Below are positions 1 through 10,891 of a DNA stretch of 64,000 bases, piece after piece (position 1 is the first letter of the stretch; every line of letters starts with the position of its first letter). The DNA lies in the NCBI GenBank assembly GCA_046538485.1, contig JBKHIT010000008.1, positions 1 to 64,000 of the forward strand. The letters are read 5' to 3'. The notes beneath the pieces were generated by a model. The model worked only from the letters and a program-made list of their open reading frames with translations. It was not told where the DNA came from and made no database searches. This stretch comes from Candidatus Brocadiia bacterium (GTDB lineage: Bacteria; Planctomycetota; Brocadiia; SM23-32). Made by a program: the position numbers and the translations under genes.

Positions 1-448
1 TCCCGCGGCCGTGCTCCACCGCCACCAGCGTCCCTTCCCCCACCATGTCCTTCACATCGGCCCACAGCACAGTCGGCGCGGCTCCGCCGCCTCCGCCTTC
101 CCCGCCTCCTGGCACGACGCTCACCCAGTAGAGTGCTCCAATCCCTTCTCGACCTTCCACTTCCACTTTCACAGGGTCTTCGGTCCGGGTAATCACCAGC
201 AGGGCTCCATCGTTGACCGGGTCGTCGTAGACACCGGCCGCTTTCCCCTTCACATCCGGGTTTGTGACATGGATTTCGTCATTTTCGCCGGTGGGCTCGA
301 TTGAGAAATGCCCCTCAATATCCGCCGCTTCTTCCTGCGGGTTGTCTTTTTGTCGGGCCTGAACGTGGATAGTCTCGTTCGTCGCCCGGGCGGGCGCCGC
401 TATCCCGGCAATCAACAAAATCAACACAATCAGCCACCCCTTTCTCAT
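1..448 (-). CDS. Secreted hypothetical protein, runs off the left edge (partial)
   Basis: Not in the ORF track. Manual translation gives MRKGWLIVLILLIAGIAAPARA-TNETIHVQ..., a signal peptide with an A-x-A site, open to position 1. Its ATG overlaps the TGA of the upstream TPR gene (ATGA) and has a GGAG RBS. Confidence 0.75.
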   Translation of the reverse strand, partial: MRKGWLIVLILLIAGIAAPARATNETIHVQARQKDNPQEEAADIEGHFSIEPTGENDEIHVTNPDVKGKAAGVYDDPVNDGALLVITRTEDPVKVEVEGREGIGALYWVSVVPGGGEGGGGGAAPTVLWADVKDMVGEGTLVAVEHGRG

Positions 449-3276
449 CTTTCACTCTCCTTCGTCAGTCTGTTGGCTTTGGGCAAAAGTTTTGTCCGCA
501 CCCGCTCCGTCCAGCGGGAGTCCGGATATCGACGCAGATATTCCGTAAAGGCCTTTTTCGCCTTTGCGTACTGCTGCCTATGCATCGCCATGATTCCGTA
601 GTAAAAAAGGGAACGTTCCGCCTCCGGATGTTCCGGATTATGGGTGAAAACGTGCTCCCAGTGGGGCATCGCCGCTTCGGCATCCTGCATCTCGTTCTGC
701 ATCCAGGTGCCGACGCGGAAAATACCGTCGGCGGCCCAGCGGTAATCCCTGTATTTCGGGTCGTAGAGCCGCTTAAGGTATGCCCTGGCTTCTTCGCTTC
801 GGCGCTGATACTTAAGCGACTGTCCCATCCGGAAAAATAGATAAGACTTCAAGCGGTTCGAAGGGTCCGGAAAAGGATTCGACCCGGCCAGCAGACGGCC
901 GTACAGTTTTTCCGCCCGTTTCGGACGGAACCTCAGCAGCGCCAAATCCCCCAGACGCAGAGCGGTCTTCTGTTTCTCGTGTTTTAGCCCGGACAAAAGA
1001 TCCCCGGGAGTCAAAGGGTCAATCGCCCCCCGCGCAATCGCGACCATCCGGTCCATTCCCGACTGCACCCCCGCCCCGGCGCGGCGCGTATTCTCATACC
1101 GCTTTGCTGCTCGAAACATCTCTACCGCTCTGTCCTGTCTGCCCAGCAGATGCCACACCAGACCGGCCCGCGAGTAGCATTTAAACAGAACCTCATCCAG
1201 TTGTTTGCCCGTTGGCCGATCCTCCGACATATACCACGCAGGGAGTCCTTTTCGGCCTGCTGAGTTCGGCCCGGCGTTTTTGATTTTCTCCGCCCACCCG
1301 ACGGCCGCCTTTGCCGCCTCGGAGGCGGCTTCCATATCAAAAAGTCTCTCAAGAGCGATATCGATCGCCCGCACGGCGGCATCGCCCGCGTGGGGACTTG
1401 CGGGATAGTCTTTGCAAAATTGGGTCAGGTCGGCGGCGATCCCCTGCCACGTTTTCCCGGAGGTCCGGTCCGCCGCCGCCCGGGCCAGCTCGTCTCGCAG
1501 AAGCCCGATGTGGTAACTGGCCAGCTCACGGCGCGGGCTTTTCGGGTGGTTTTTCAGGATCCGTCGCCACCAGGGAAGCGCCTCCGCCCGGCCGGTTGCC
1601 AGTTCCGCAGGCGTGCTGCCTTTCTTTTCGGCCCGTTTCTCAATGATCGTCCCGATCCGACAGAGCGTCTCGTCATGCCACGTCCCGGCGGGACTTTTCT
1701 TAAGAGACCTCCGGAAGTGCCGGAGCGCCTGGTTGGTTTTCTTCCCGGACTGCAGCGCGGCGCCTCTGCCAAATTCACTGAACGCAATGTGCAACGACGT
1801 GGCTCCGGCCATTGGGCGGCGGCCGCGGGAATTCTTATCTCCGGATCTCCCCCCTGCAAACTCAAAGAAATCCAGCGCTTTCTGTTCCCGTCCGGCCAGG
1901 TGGTGGATCATCCCGATCGAAAGGGCCAGGGCCGGCCGGCTCATTTTCCCTTCCGAGGAACCTTCCCCCGCGAGCTCGCCGGGAATCAGCGCTCGGCCGG
2001 AAGCGGCGGCATCGATCAGGCGCTGAAGACGCTCGGTGCTGTGGCGATCTCCGGTGCGATTCCGCGCCTCCCGGAACGCTTCGGCGGCCACCTCGTGCTC
2101 GCCCCGGCAGAAACTGACCAGTCCGATACGGATCCACACCTCCCGGGCGACCGTCTTCCAGGAAGCGGCCGATCTCTCACCCGCCAGCCCCCTCGAAACG
2201 GCCGGGCGGGCCAGCTCGGCGCATTTTGCGGCTTTCTCCAGGTTCAGCTTTTGCCGGAGCAGCAGATCGATAAGCGCCACAAACGCCTGACCCCGCCACG
2301 GGCCGGACGGTTCGGCGCGGACGAATTTGTTCCAGTGAGCGGCGGCACGGCCCGGCATCTGCAGACCGATCAGGCAATGCCCGATGGCAACCTGGCTGCG
2401 GGGGGCGTAGCCCGAGCGGGGGAACGTCCGGACCAACTCCCGGTAGGCCTGGAGGGCTTTTCTGTACTTGCGCAGCCGCTCCCTGCCCCTGTCGGCCCGG
2501 GCCGCGCGGCGCAGCCGCTCGGCCGCCTCAAACTCCGCCCGGCCGGCGTCGCTCTGGTAGGTCAGTCGCTTCCGGGCGGCTTTTGCCTCCTCCAGGAAGA
2601 CGCGGGTGAGTTTCTCGGGGATCTCCAGCCGCCCGGCGGCGCCTTCGGCTCCCATCAGGTCGATGGCAAATTTGAGGGCTTTTCTGGCTTTCTCAAATTG
2701 GCCCGCCTCCGCGCGGATGCGTCCCAGCAGGATGGCCGCTTCGGGGGTGGCGGTGTGGGGCTGGTTGTCCTTCAGGACCTCCTCCAGGAGCCGGGTGACT
2801 CGCTCAAAACCGGGCCGGTCGGCATCGTCCCAAGCCTCCTCCAGGCGGAGCGCCTCCGCGATCTTGAGTCGCTGGCGCAGGGAGTTACGGGTGGAGGATC
2901 GGCCGAGTTTCGACCATATTTGCCCGGCTTTCTGGCGCGAGCGCCGGTCGCCTCTGCCCCACAGGCAGCGCGCCTGGATGTGGGCGGCCTGGAGGGCGGC
3001 CCAGCGCAGTTCGCGCCGCGAGGTCAGTTTGGCGAGACTGCCGGCGAACCTGTAGCTCTGTTTGAGGCGGCCCGCATAAAAAGCCGACCACGCTTCCCCG
3101 AGCCGCTCGCCGGCCTGCTGATCCGGGGACTTAGCTTCCGAAGCCGGTTTAGTTTTTCTCGCGGCAGAGGCGGCGGGTGGAGCAAAGGTGGGTGGGAGCA
3201 GAAGCAGGATGGCGACAGAAACAAATACGCGCCACCTGAGCGGCAGATGAACTAATCCCCATAACCCTGTCGTCAT
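445..3276 (-). CDS. Large exported tetratricopeptide-repeat (TPR/BamD-like) protein
   Basis: ORF 445..3357, probable start MTTG at 3276. Hydrophobic N-terminus and repeated TPR-like helices ending in FPRS, HPKS and YPDS motifs. Confidence 0.75.
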   Translation of the reverse strand: MTTGLWGLVHLPLRWRVFVSVAILLLLPPTFAPPAASAARKTKPASEAKSPDQQAGERLGEAWSAFYAGRLKQSYRFAGSLAKLTSRRELRWAALQAAHIQARCLWGRGDRRSRQKAGQIWSKLGRSSTRNSLRQRLKIAEALRLEEAWDDADRPGFERVTRLLEEVLKDNQPHTATPEAAILLGRIRAEAGQFEKARKALKFAIDLMGAEGAAGRLEIPEKLTRVFLEEAKAARKRLTYQSDAGRAEFEAAERLRRAARADRGRERLRKYRKALQAYRELVRTFPRSGYAPRSQVAIGHCLIGLQMPGRAAAHWNKFVRAEPSGPWRGQAFVALIDLLLRQKLNLEKAAKCAELARPAVSRGLAGERSAASWKTVAREVWIRIGLVSFCRGEHEVAAEAFREARNRTGDRHSTERLQRLIDAAASGRALIPGELAGEGSSEGKMSRPALALSIGMIHHLAGREQKALDFFEFAGGRSGDKNSRGRRPMAGATSLHIAFSEFGRGAALQSGKKTNQALRHFRRSLKKSPAGTWHDETLCRIGTIIEKRAEKKGSTPAELATGRAEALPWWRRILKNHPKSPRRELASYHIGLLRDELARAAADRTSGKTWQGIAADLTQFCKDYPASPHAGDAAVRAIDIALERLFDMEAASEAAKAAVGWAEKIKNAGPNSAGRKGLPAWYMSEDRPTGKQLDEVLFKCYSRAGLVWHLLGRQDRAVEMFRAAKRYENTRRAGAGVQSGMDRMVAIARGAIDPLTPGDLLSGLKHEKQKTALRLGDLALLRFRPKRAEKLYGRLLAGSNPFPDPSNRLKSYLFFRMGQSLKYQRRSEEARAYLKRLYDPKYRDYRWAADGIFRVGTWMQNEMQDAEAAMPHWEHVFTHNPEHPEAERSLFYYGIMAMHRQQYAKAKKAFTEYLRRYPDSRWTERVRTKLLPKANRLTKESER

Positions 3277-3466
3277 CAACTTTCCCCGCTTAATTTGTTG
3301 CAAAAGTCCCTTAACTTTATGAATTTCCCGGTGCTTCCCCTGTCCAACGCCGCGCATTATAGCATTTTCCGACTATGCGTCAAATGAAACGGAAAAAACA
3401 CAAGGGACGTTCTGGGTTGATGCTGGGCCGGCGGGGAAACCGCAGAATCTGTTCCGGTATCTGGGT

Positions 3467-3677
3467 CGCGTTCTGAACTCCAGCCCCGCAAGAGCGGTTC
3501 TGAAGTCCAGTCCGTTTGCAGCAAACGGAGACTCGAGTTCAGCAGAGCCCGCCATCGGCGAGCGAAACTGGACTTGAGGCGGACAGTTGACCACACACGT
3601 CACGATGCAGGGAGATTCGACCGCATTGGACCGCGTTCTGAACTCCAGCCTCTGGCTGAAGTCCAGTCCGCTCACAT
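3467..3677 (+). repeat. Dispersed structured repeat family, locus 1 (one full unit plus one partial unit, period 165 bp)
   Basis: CGCGTTCTGAACTCCAG...CTGAAGTCCAGTCCG...GAGACTCGAGTTCAG...GCGAAACTGGACTTGAGGCGGACA. CTGAACTC recurs at 3473 and 3638. Confidence 0.9.
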
Positions 3678-3794
3678 GGCTCCGCGCATCACCCGCCTAC
3701 AAGTCCTTCGCACGTGCTCCGGGAGATGTTCCGGCCGGCCGGCGGGAAGGATGGCAGCATCGATGCCTTTGTGCGTGCACAGTTGGACGGGAAC

Positions 3795-3826
3795 AAAAAA
3801 CCCCGGTCCCACAAAGGGAACCGGGG
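3795..3826 (-). terminator. Intrinsic terminator after the sugar isomerase gene
   Basis: CCCCGGTCCC-acaaa-GGGAACCGGGG hairpin next to an A6 run (U-tract on the minus strand). Confidence 0.75.
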
Positions 3827-3875
3827 GCGTTGTGCTTCACTCGTTCTCTTGCGCGGGATTCACGCATGCATCGAG

Positions 3876-4871
3876 TCAATCTTCCTCATCGAAAGCGGCA
3901 TCGAAAGCGACGTCGCTCGGGGCGAAATCGACGGATTTGACGAAACCGCAGGCTTCCGAAGCGCCGTGCTCGCGGTCCATTCCGCTGTCTTCCCACTCAA
4001 CACTGAGGGGACCGTCGTATCCGATGCGGTTGAGAGCCCGGACGATTTCTTCGAAATTGACGTCACCGCGCCCAAGACTGCGGAAATCCCAGCCTCGTCC
4101 CGGCTCGCCAAAATTCAGATGGGATGAAAGGATTCCCGTCGTGCCATCGAGCGTGACGGCGCAGTCTTTCATGTGGACGTGGTAGATGCGCTCGGGGAAC
4201 GTCTCGATAAACTTAACCGGATCCATCCCCTGCCATTCCAGATGGCTCGGATCGAAGTTGAAACCGAACTCTTCCCGTCCGTCGAGGGCCTCGAGAGCCC
4301 GTTCGGCCGTCACGATATCGAAAGCGATCTCGGTCGGATGGACTTCAAGGGCGAATTTCACGCCGCATTCGCCGAAGACGTCGAGGATGGGATTCCACTT
4401 CTCAGCGAGCAAGTCGAATCCCTCTTCGATCGAAGCGGGATCGACCGGGGGGAATGAATAGAGCAGATGCCAGATGGAACTGCCGGTGAAACCGTTGACG
4501 ACATCGATGCCCATATTTTTGGCAGCACGAGCGGTGTTTTTCATCGTTTCAATGGCCCACTCGTGTATGGCATCTGGATCGTCGGCGATGTCACCCGGCA
4601 CAAATTCATTGTGCCGTTTGTCGATATTATCAAGAACACATTGTCCGGCAAGATGGTGGCTGATAGACCAGCATTTCAGCCCATATTTCTCCAGCAGACT
4701 TTTTTTATCATCGCAGTATTCGGGATTCTTTGCGCCTTCGGTGGGGTCAAAATGGTCGCCCCAGCAGGCAAGTTCCAGGCCATCGTAGCCCCATTCGCTC
4801 GCTTTCTTCGCCAGATCTTCCAGTGGCAGGTCGGCCCACTGGCCAGTGAAAAGCGTCACAGGTCTCGCCAT
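3876..4871 (-). CDS. Sugar phosphate isomerase/epimerase (xylose isomerase-like TIM barrel)
   Basis: [30 protein letters not shown] and SVEWED motifs. Confidence 0.9.
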   Translation of the reverse strand: MARPVTLFTGQWADLPLEDLAKKASEWGYDGLELACWGDHFDPTEGAKNPEYCDDKKSLLEKYGLKCWSISHHLAGQCVLDNIDKRHNEFVPGDIADDPDAIHEWAIETMKNTARAAKNMGIDVVNGFTGSSIWHLLYSFPPVDPASIEEGFDLLAEKWNPILDVFGECGVKFALEVHPTEIAFDIVTAERALEALDGREEFGFNFDPSHLEWQGMDPVKFIETFPERIYHVHMKDCAVTLDGTTGILSSHLNFGEPGRGWDFRSLGRGDVNFEEIVRALNRIGYDGPLSVEWEDSGMDREHGASEACGFVKSVDFAPSDVAFDAAFDEED

Positions 4872-4966
4872 GACAGACTCCTTCCGTAAAATTCAACAGT
4901 AACGGGTCAGGGGCGCCCACGGGAAAATCGCCGACGCCCTTTCCAAACCGGTAAACAATCGATTTC

Positions 4967-6136
4967 TCAAACGTCGGAAACGTCGACCCAATTTTTCTCT
5001 TTGGACGACTGCACGACGGCCTCAAGGACCGCCTGGCACTTCACACCGTCTTCGAAACTCGGGCTGGGATCGCGGTCTTCGGCGATTGCATCCATCATCT
5101 CTTTCATCTCGTTGACGAAACATTCGCCGTAACCGATGATGTGACCGTCGGGCCACCAGTTTTCGAATCCCGGAGTTTCTTCGTTGGTCGCCAGGACTTT
5201 CCGGAAGCCCTGTTCCACGCCTTCGCCGGCTTTCCAGACATCGAGGTAGTTCATATCCTCGAAATTCCAGGCGATGCTGGCCTTTGAGCCGTTGATCTCG
5301 AACGTGTGGTAATTCTTCCGTCCGCCGGCGAACCTTGTCGCTTCAAAGGTGCCAAGCGCACCGTTTTTGAACCGGGCGCACCAGATCGATGCATCGTCGA
5401 CGGTGACCTCGCCCTTTTTGTCGCTCGCCTGTCGATCGGACAGTTTCGTGCCGGCCCCGGCTTCTTCGATCGGACGTTCTTCGATGAACGTTTCGAGCGT
5501 GCCGCTCACCGACTCGATATCACCGAGCAGGTAGCGCGCCATATCGGTGATATGCGCGCCGAGGTCACCGAGGGCGCCGCTGCCGGCGAGTTCTTCTTTG
5601 AGCCGCCAGACCAGCGGGAACTCAGGGTCCATGATCCAGTCCTGCAGATATGTAGCTCTGACGTGGTAGATCTCTCCCAGTTCGCCGGATTCGATCATTT
5701 GTTTCGCGAGTTGAACGGCCGGAGCCTGACGATAGGTGAAGCCGCAAAGCGCTTTCACACCGGCATCATTCACCGCATCGAGCATTTTTTGCGCACCTTC
5801 AAGGTCATTCGCCAGCGGTTTTTCACAGAGTATATCTTTCCCGGCTTCAGCGGCGGCCACAGCATTTTCAACATGCGCGAAATTGGGGCTCGCAATATCG
5901 ACCATATCGATATCGTCCCGCTGGATCATTTCTTCCCATTCAGTTGAATATTCTTGCCAGCCCAACTGCTCTGCGGTGGATTTAACAACTTCTTCCTCTT
6001 CGGTCCCGGCGATGCACTTCATAACCGGTTTGCATTCGGGATCCCAAACAGCCGGGCAGTTGCGGTAACCGAAGCTGTGGGCGACGCCCATGAAGCCGCA
6101 TCCAATCAAACCGACATTAATTTCTTTCTTCGCCAT
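4967..6136 (-). CDS. Gfo/Idh/MocA family oxidoreductase
   Basis: GLIGCGFMG Rossmann motif, CEKPLA and GALGDLGAH. Start MAKK at 6136 follows a GGAGGAG RBS. Confidence 0.9.
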   Translation of the reverse strand: MAKKEINVGLIGCGFMGVAHSFGYRNCPAVWDPECKPVMKCIAGTEEEEVVKSTAEQLGWQEYSTEWEEMIQRDDIDMVDIASPNFAHVENAVAAAEAGKDILCEKPLANDLEGAQKMLDAVNDAGVKALCGFTYRQAPAVQLAKQMIESGELGEIYHVRATYLQDWIMDPEFPLVWRLKEELAGSGALGDLGAHITDMARYLLGDIESVSGTLETFIEERPIEEAGAGTKLSDRQASDKKGEVTVDDASIWCARFKNGALGTFEATRFAGGRKNYHTFEINGSKASIAWNFEDMNYLDVWKAGEGVEQGFRKVLATNEETPGFENWWPDGHIIGYGECFVNEMKEMMDAIAEDRDPSPSFEDGVKCQAVLEAVVQSSKEKNWVDVSDV

Positions 6137-6326
6137 CTGTTCAACTCCTCCCTCACTATCAGTAGGCTCGAACAAGTCACGTGATCAAATCCATTCCTTA
6201 CTTACGGCACGACAGTGCTACCGGAGAACGCTCCTTTGCGTGGCCCGACGCCCCGTCGGTAACACGTGGCTTTTTTAGGGCAACCCGACCAAAAAGTCAA
6301 GCGGAAAACAAGCTTCACCCCACACC

Positions 6327-7781
6327 TTAAAAGTTATCGTCAAGATAACCTTTATTGCGGCAGACTTCCACAAAACGCCGGTATTTCTCTTCGTATGCTT
6401 TCACCAGTTGATCCCGCGGAGAAACTTCCCGTTCAAAATGGACCATATTGCTGGCTGCATCTGCAATAGAACCTGAAGAGCCTGCAGCGGCCACAATCGC
6501 CGCCCCCATCGCCCCGCCGGTCACCCGAGGGCGTCTTACCACGCGGTTCAGCATATCGGCCCTGATCTGCAACCAGGCATCATTTTTGGCTCCTCCGCCC
6601 GCACTGTAAACCACATCCCCAACGTCCCCGCCCAATTCCTCGAACAATTCAACTGACATTCTTTCTACGCACGCCACGCCTTCCAGATACGAGGTAAACA
6701 ATTCCAGCCGGCTATCGGGGTCCCCGACCATAAAACTTTCCGCTTCGGCGCACGCAAACGGGAACCGTTCCCCTCGCCCGACCAGGGGGTAACACAACAC
6801 ATTGGTCGGGCTCGATTCAAGAGCGACCTCTGTGAATTGTTCGCGTTCCGTTTCCTTGAATTCTCGCTCTATGCACTCGGCACCGGTATTGCTCGCCCCG
6901 CCGGGCCACCACCACCCTTCCGGATGTCGGTGGCAGTAAAAGCGTCCGTCAGGATCGACGAGCAGTTGCCGGGAAACTGCCTTCACCACCAGCGTTGTGC
7001 CGATAGTCGTGTTAAAATCCCCCGGCGACATAGCCCCGCTCGACATCTGCGAAGCGCATCCATCGGTTAATCCCGCCACCACCTCAGCACCACCTGTCAG
7101 GCCCAGCTCGCGAGCATGCTCGTCTTTGATCTTGCCGACAAATGTCCCCGTCGTCTGGACGCGAGGGAACTTCTCCGCGGGCAATTGAAGTCCGGGGAAA
7201 AGGTATTTCGGCCAGCGTCCGTCGACCACATCATAACCATATTTCAAAGCATTCGTCTGATCGGTACGCCCCCATTCGCCCGTCAACCAGCCGATAATAA
7301 AATCAGTTGGCGAGACGAAAAAAGCTGCACGATCAAAAATTTCCGGTTCATTGTCCCGAATCCACAGGATTTTTGGCAGGGCGTAGGAACTCTTGATGCG
7401 ATAACCCAGTTTACGTGCCACGGTCTTGCCCGCCTCCGCAGCCGCCACAGCCTGTTGCTCTGACCGACGGTCGCTATACATAATTGCGGGGCGGAGCGCA
7501 TTTCCGGTTTCATCAACGACGCATAATGTGCCACTTGTACTCGTTACCCCAAAGCCCAGCGGCTCATCAATCCGGCCCCCGAATACTTCGACAGCTTTTT
7601 TGGTTGCTCGACTGACCGCCTCTTTCCAATCCGCCGGTTTCTGTTCAAACCACCCTTCCGGCAAACCGCTCAACCGCAAATTTCGAAACGAGGATTCCCC
7701 GCGTGCCTCAATCTCACCAACACGGTTCACAAAAATGACACGCGCGCCCTGAGTCCCCACATCAATTCCGCAAAACAACAT
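6327..7781 (-). CDS. FGGY-family carbohydrate kinase
   Basis: GIDVGTQG, GLTDGCA, GTTLV and GGGAKN motifs. Confidence 0.9.
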   Translation of the reverse strand: MLFCGIDVGTQGARVIFVNRVGEIEARGESSFRNLRLSGLPEGWFEQKPADWKEAVSRATKKAVEVFGGRIDEPLGFGVTSTSGTLCVVDETGNALRPAIMYSDRRSEQQAVAAAEAGKTVARKLGYRIKSSYALPKILWIRDNEPEIFDRAAFFVSPTDFIIGWLTGEWGRTDQTNALKYGYDVVDGRWPKYLFPGLQLPAEKFPRVQTTGTFVGKIKDEHARELGLTGGAEVVAGLTDGCASQMSSGAMSPGDFNTTIGTTLVVKAVSRQLLVDPDGRFYCHRHPEGWWWPGGASNTGAECIEREFKETEREQFTEVALESSPTNVLCYPLVGRGERFPFACAEAESFMVGDPDSRLELFTSYLEGVACVERMSVELFEELGGDVGDVVYSAGGGAKNDAWLQIRADMLNRVVRRPRVTGGAMGAAIVAAAGSSGSIADAASNMVHFEREVSPRDQLVKAYEEKYRRFVEVCRNKGYLDDNF

Positions 7782-7807
7782 TATAATCACCAATTATTAA
7801 CTGAAAA

Positions 7808-10800
7808 CTATGGTGTTTCAGGCGCAGAAATCCGTCGGTATACCAGCGGTCGGGTAGAAAGAACATGAATGAGATTCTCGGGCGCCGCCTCCGGCCCGAC
7901 GATGACGATTTTTAATCCGGTCTTATCCACCCAGGAACGACAGCTTCCGTCCGGCGTCGCCGAAGCCAGTTTTCTGACCTCCTCCGGAAATTCTTCGCCA
8001 GAAGCTTCCTTTTTGTCGATCCATAGGACATTCAGTTCGGAGCGTTCCAGAAGCGGATATCTTTCTATTACTGGCAATGAAGCTCCAACCAGTTTCTCCA
8101 AATGCAACTTTAAGGCTCTGAGGCCTTCCGGAATTTCTTGACCGTTAACATTCCAGAAGGCACATTTGCCTTCCCCCTCGGCCAGTACAATTCGCGATTT
8201 CCAGTAAACTGTATTATGGTTAAGAACCTTCTCAGGCAACGCCCGCGCCTTTATCAGCAATCTGAGCGCTTCTCCTTTTAATTTCCGGAAAGCCGCTATG
8301 CTGTTGGTTCGTTCCGAACCGTTGATAGTCCCCAGGGAAATCTGGCCGAAGGGTATCTTTTTCCGCTGAACCCGTATTCGACTGCTGTTGTCGCCTCCGA
8401 ACAATCGTTCTAAACCTCCAAAGACTTCGGCCCTGCTTGTATTTTCCGTTCTGCTCTCACTCGAGCCGGCAAGCAAACGCACCTTAGCATCTCTCGCCGT
8501 TGCAAAAACCGCCGCTTCTTCCCGGGCATCGCGCAGGACATGCCAGAGAAGTTCCTGGGTTTCCATCCCCACGACGGGACGATTTTGCACAACAACAGCC
8601 CCTGCCATGCCTTCCCAAACTGCTCCCACGAACCGCCTCCGAAGCTCCAGCGCAGCTCGTTCCCAGCTTTGCTCCCTGGGATCACAAAAAGTCCAGAGGC
8701 TATCCTCTTTATGCAATTTTCCATCTTCTATCAGCTCATCGACACGTTCTTTTTGAGCCCCCCCGCCAACGAGCCAGTGCATCGGCGTGCTTTGTTCCCG
8801 AACAAAATCATTTCCCAGCCGCTGAAATCGCCGCAGACAGATAGCGGGGCGAAAACCAATTCCTTTCAAGCTATCTATTTTGCCGCTCAAATTGGGTCCC
8901 AGCCACAAAATCCACGAAGGTTGGCCCGCCGCCAGCATTCCGCCAGGAATGGGACCTCTAACGCCAACTTTCTCGGCCGTAGCGAGGCTTCCACCGGGGC
9001 AAAAAATACCGCTCAGGTCCAGTCCGCTTCGCTCCGATTTTTGAAGAATTCCGTCTAAGTTCTGCGCCGCAGAAACTGCGTTTACTCGCCAGCTTGCAGC
9101 ACCCACACTATAATCCGACAGACGTTCAAATACGGATTGTCGCGGCACGGTTTCCTGATCGGAACCATCCATATACCAGAAAGCAAATCCATCTTTGCGA
9201 GATATTGTGACGGGGAATACCCGGACGGCAAGCGGGATTTGAAGAGCTTTTTCGGCAGCTTCCAAAAACACCTTACCGCTATAACTTCCCGGCTCGAGCC
9301 GAGAGGCGTCAACAGTGAGCGCAAACCACAACTCCGCCCCTGTCTTCAGTGGTTGTTTTTCCCATGGGATCAAGCGCGCGACTCCAGAAACCGGGATTTC
9401 TACCTTCCACAGAAAAGCCGAGGCGGGATGAAGGGACCTGGCAGATTCTCCCGTGCTGCTTGCAAGACTCGCGCGGAATGTTTCCAGATCCTGAAGCGCC
9501 GAAATTCGGAAGAAAACAGTTTCTTTTTCCCTTCGGAAGAGAGGAATTTCGACCGGAATATCGCTGCCCGAATACTCACGCGTACCCAAACGCCGCACCA
9601 GAAACCCTCTTTTATTGTCGTCTTCATTCGCTATCTCACTGATTTTTTTAACAGGCGCAGCCGGCGGATCAATCTTTTGTTCCTTCGCCAGCGGCAACTG
9701 CATTTTTCTGCCCCGGGGCGGAGAACCATCTTGTCCCGTCTGCACAAAAAACTCACCCGTTTTCTTTCCCTCGACATACACCTCGTGCTGCAACCAGACC
9801 GGCTTTTTCTCGCCAGCGCGAACCCAAACGGATTTTGTTACAGGATGATAGGGCTCGAGACGTTCGAAAAGGAGCGTATCGCACGGGTCGAGTTCCGTCC
9901 CCTCTTTTCCATATGTGCGCGTGACTACTGAAACGTCTTTAAGAGGGGTACTGACAGCCATCAAACGGAGCGTTACACGTTTTTTGCCCTCCCGATTTTC
10001 CGCAATTGTGTCAGCCGCAAAATTCCGATCCAGTCCGCTTACGGCCGAAAACCTCTGCAGGGGGACTACAAGCAATTTGGACGTCAAGCGGGTTCGAGGA
10101 GGTATTTTCTGATAAGCCCACCGCAATTGAATTGTCCCTGACGCGTTGCTTTCAGCCCAGGCCTTCTGGCCGGCACCGTCCAAAAACACAAATCCCAGCC
10201 CCCTCCGTGTCACTGTATCTGTAACACTCAACCAATACAAAGGGCCAGCAACCGGCGACAGAGGATGTAATTCTCTCAGAACCGAAGCGGCCGTCACAGC
10301 GCCCGGGCCATGGGCCCCTTCGAAACAAAAATATCCCGAACGCATCTGCTGGCCCTCGCCCGGAAGTATCGTCGCACTCAACCCGGGCGCGTCCGGCCCA
10401 CCCAAGATGTGCGAAGAACTGTTTTCGAAAACCAAACTCAGCTCGAAAACAGGGACCTCTCTGCGGAAACGGTACCGCTTGCGTATCGTCAGGGGGCCTG
10501 CCTGGCGTTTAAACTCCAAAAAAACTTCATCCGGTGTCGCATTTCCAGTAGACACCTCATAAGCAAAATCAGCGGTATGCGACTCCTGAAACAGCCCCCT
10601 CAGATTACCGCGATCCCATCCGGTCAGCTCCGTTTTCCCACCGCGCCCGTATTGAAGGGAACTGATACACGCCCCTGCATCCGGCCTAATTGTAAGCTTG
10701 TAAAACCGATTTTCGACAACAAATACCTTGTGCCCCTCAATCGTTTTACGTTCAAGTTCCAGAGATCCTGCGCCTACAACACGCGGGACACAGAACTGGT

Positions 10801-10891
10801 ACAGAATTACAAAACATACAAAGAGGCCGTCCCAATATTCAAAGTTTCTGCGCATTGATGGCACGATAATGACAGGATTGATATGAACCAA
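7808..10891 (-). CDS. Large hypothetical protein, probably exported and carbohydrate-related
   Basis: 1027 aa ORF with a hydrophobic N-terminus and a beta-rich N-terminal region (VENRFYKLTI.P..GA.I.S). WHVLRDAREE loosely resembles DUF4091-type C-termini. Start uncertain. Confidence 0.65.
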   Translation of the reverse strand: MVHINPVIIVPSMRRNFEYWDGLFVCFVILYQFCVPRVVGAGSLELERKTIEGHKVFVVENRFYKLTIRPDAGACISSLQYGRGGKTELTGWDRGNLRGLFQESHTADFAYEVSTGNATPDEVFLEFKRQAGPLTIRKRYRFRREVPVFELSLVFENSSSHILGGPDAPGLSATILPGEGQQMRSGYFCFEGAHGPGAVTAASVLRELHPLSPVAGPLYWLSVTDTVTRRGLGFVFLDGAGQKAWAESNASGTIQLRWAYQKIPPRTRLTSKLLVVPLQRFSAVSGLDRNFAADTIAENREGKKRVTLRLMAVSTPLKDVSVVTRTYGKEGTELDPCDTLLFERLEPYHPVTKSVWVRAGEKKPVWLQHEVYVEGKKTGEFFVQTGQDGSPPRGRKMQLPLAKEQKIDPPAAPVKKISEIANEDDNKRGFLVRRLGTREYSGSDIPVEIPLFRREKETVFFRISALQDLETFRASLASSTGESARSLHPASAFLWKVEIPVSGVARLIPWEKQPLKTGAELWFALTVDASRLEPGSYSGKVFLEAAEKALQIPLAVRVFPVTISRKDGFAFWYMDGSDQETVPRQSVFERLSDYSVGAASWRVNAVSAAQNLDGILQKSERSGLDLSGIFCPGGSLATAEKVGVRGPIPGGMLAAGQPSWILWLGPNLSGKIDSLKGIGFRPAICLRRFQRLGNDFVREQSTPMHWLVGGGAQKERVDELIEDGKLHKEDSLWTFCDPREQSWERAALELRRRFVGAVWEGMAGAVVVQNRPVVGMETQELLWHVLRDAREEAAVFATARDAKVRLLAGSSESRTENTSRAEVFGGLERLFGGDNSSRIRVQRKKIPFGQISLGTINGSERTNSIAAFRKLKGEALRLLIKARALPEKVLNHNTVYWKSRIVLAEGEGKCAFWNVNGQEIPEGLRALKLHLEKLVGASLPVIERYPLLERSELNVLWIDKKEASGEEFPEEVRKLASATPDGSCRSWVDKTGLKIVIVGPEAAPENLIHVLSTRPLVYRRISAPETP

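Noticed and set aside
1390..3255. 621-aa + strand ORF, and similar long ORFs at 35242-36978, 41423-42655, 44042-45169, 48043-49143 and 50759-51775
   Set aside because: Antisense shadows of well-supported genes, with no recognisable motifs. They are expected at this GC content and codon bias.
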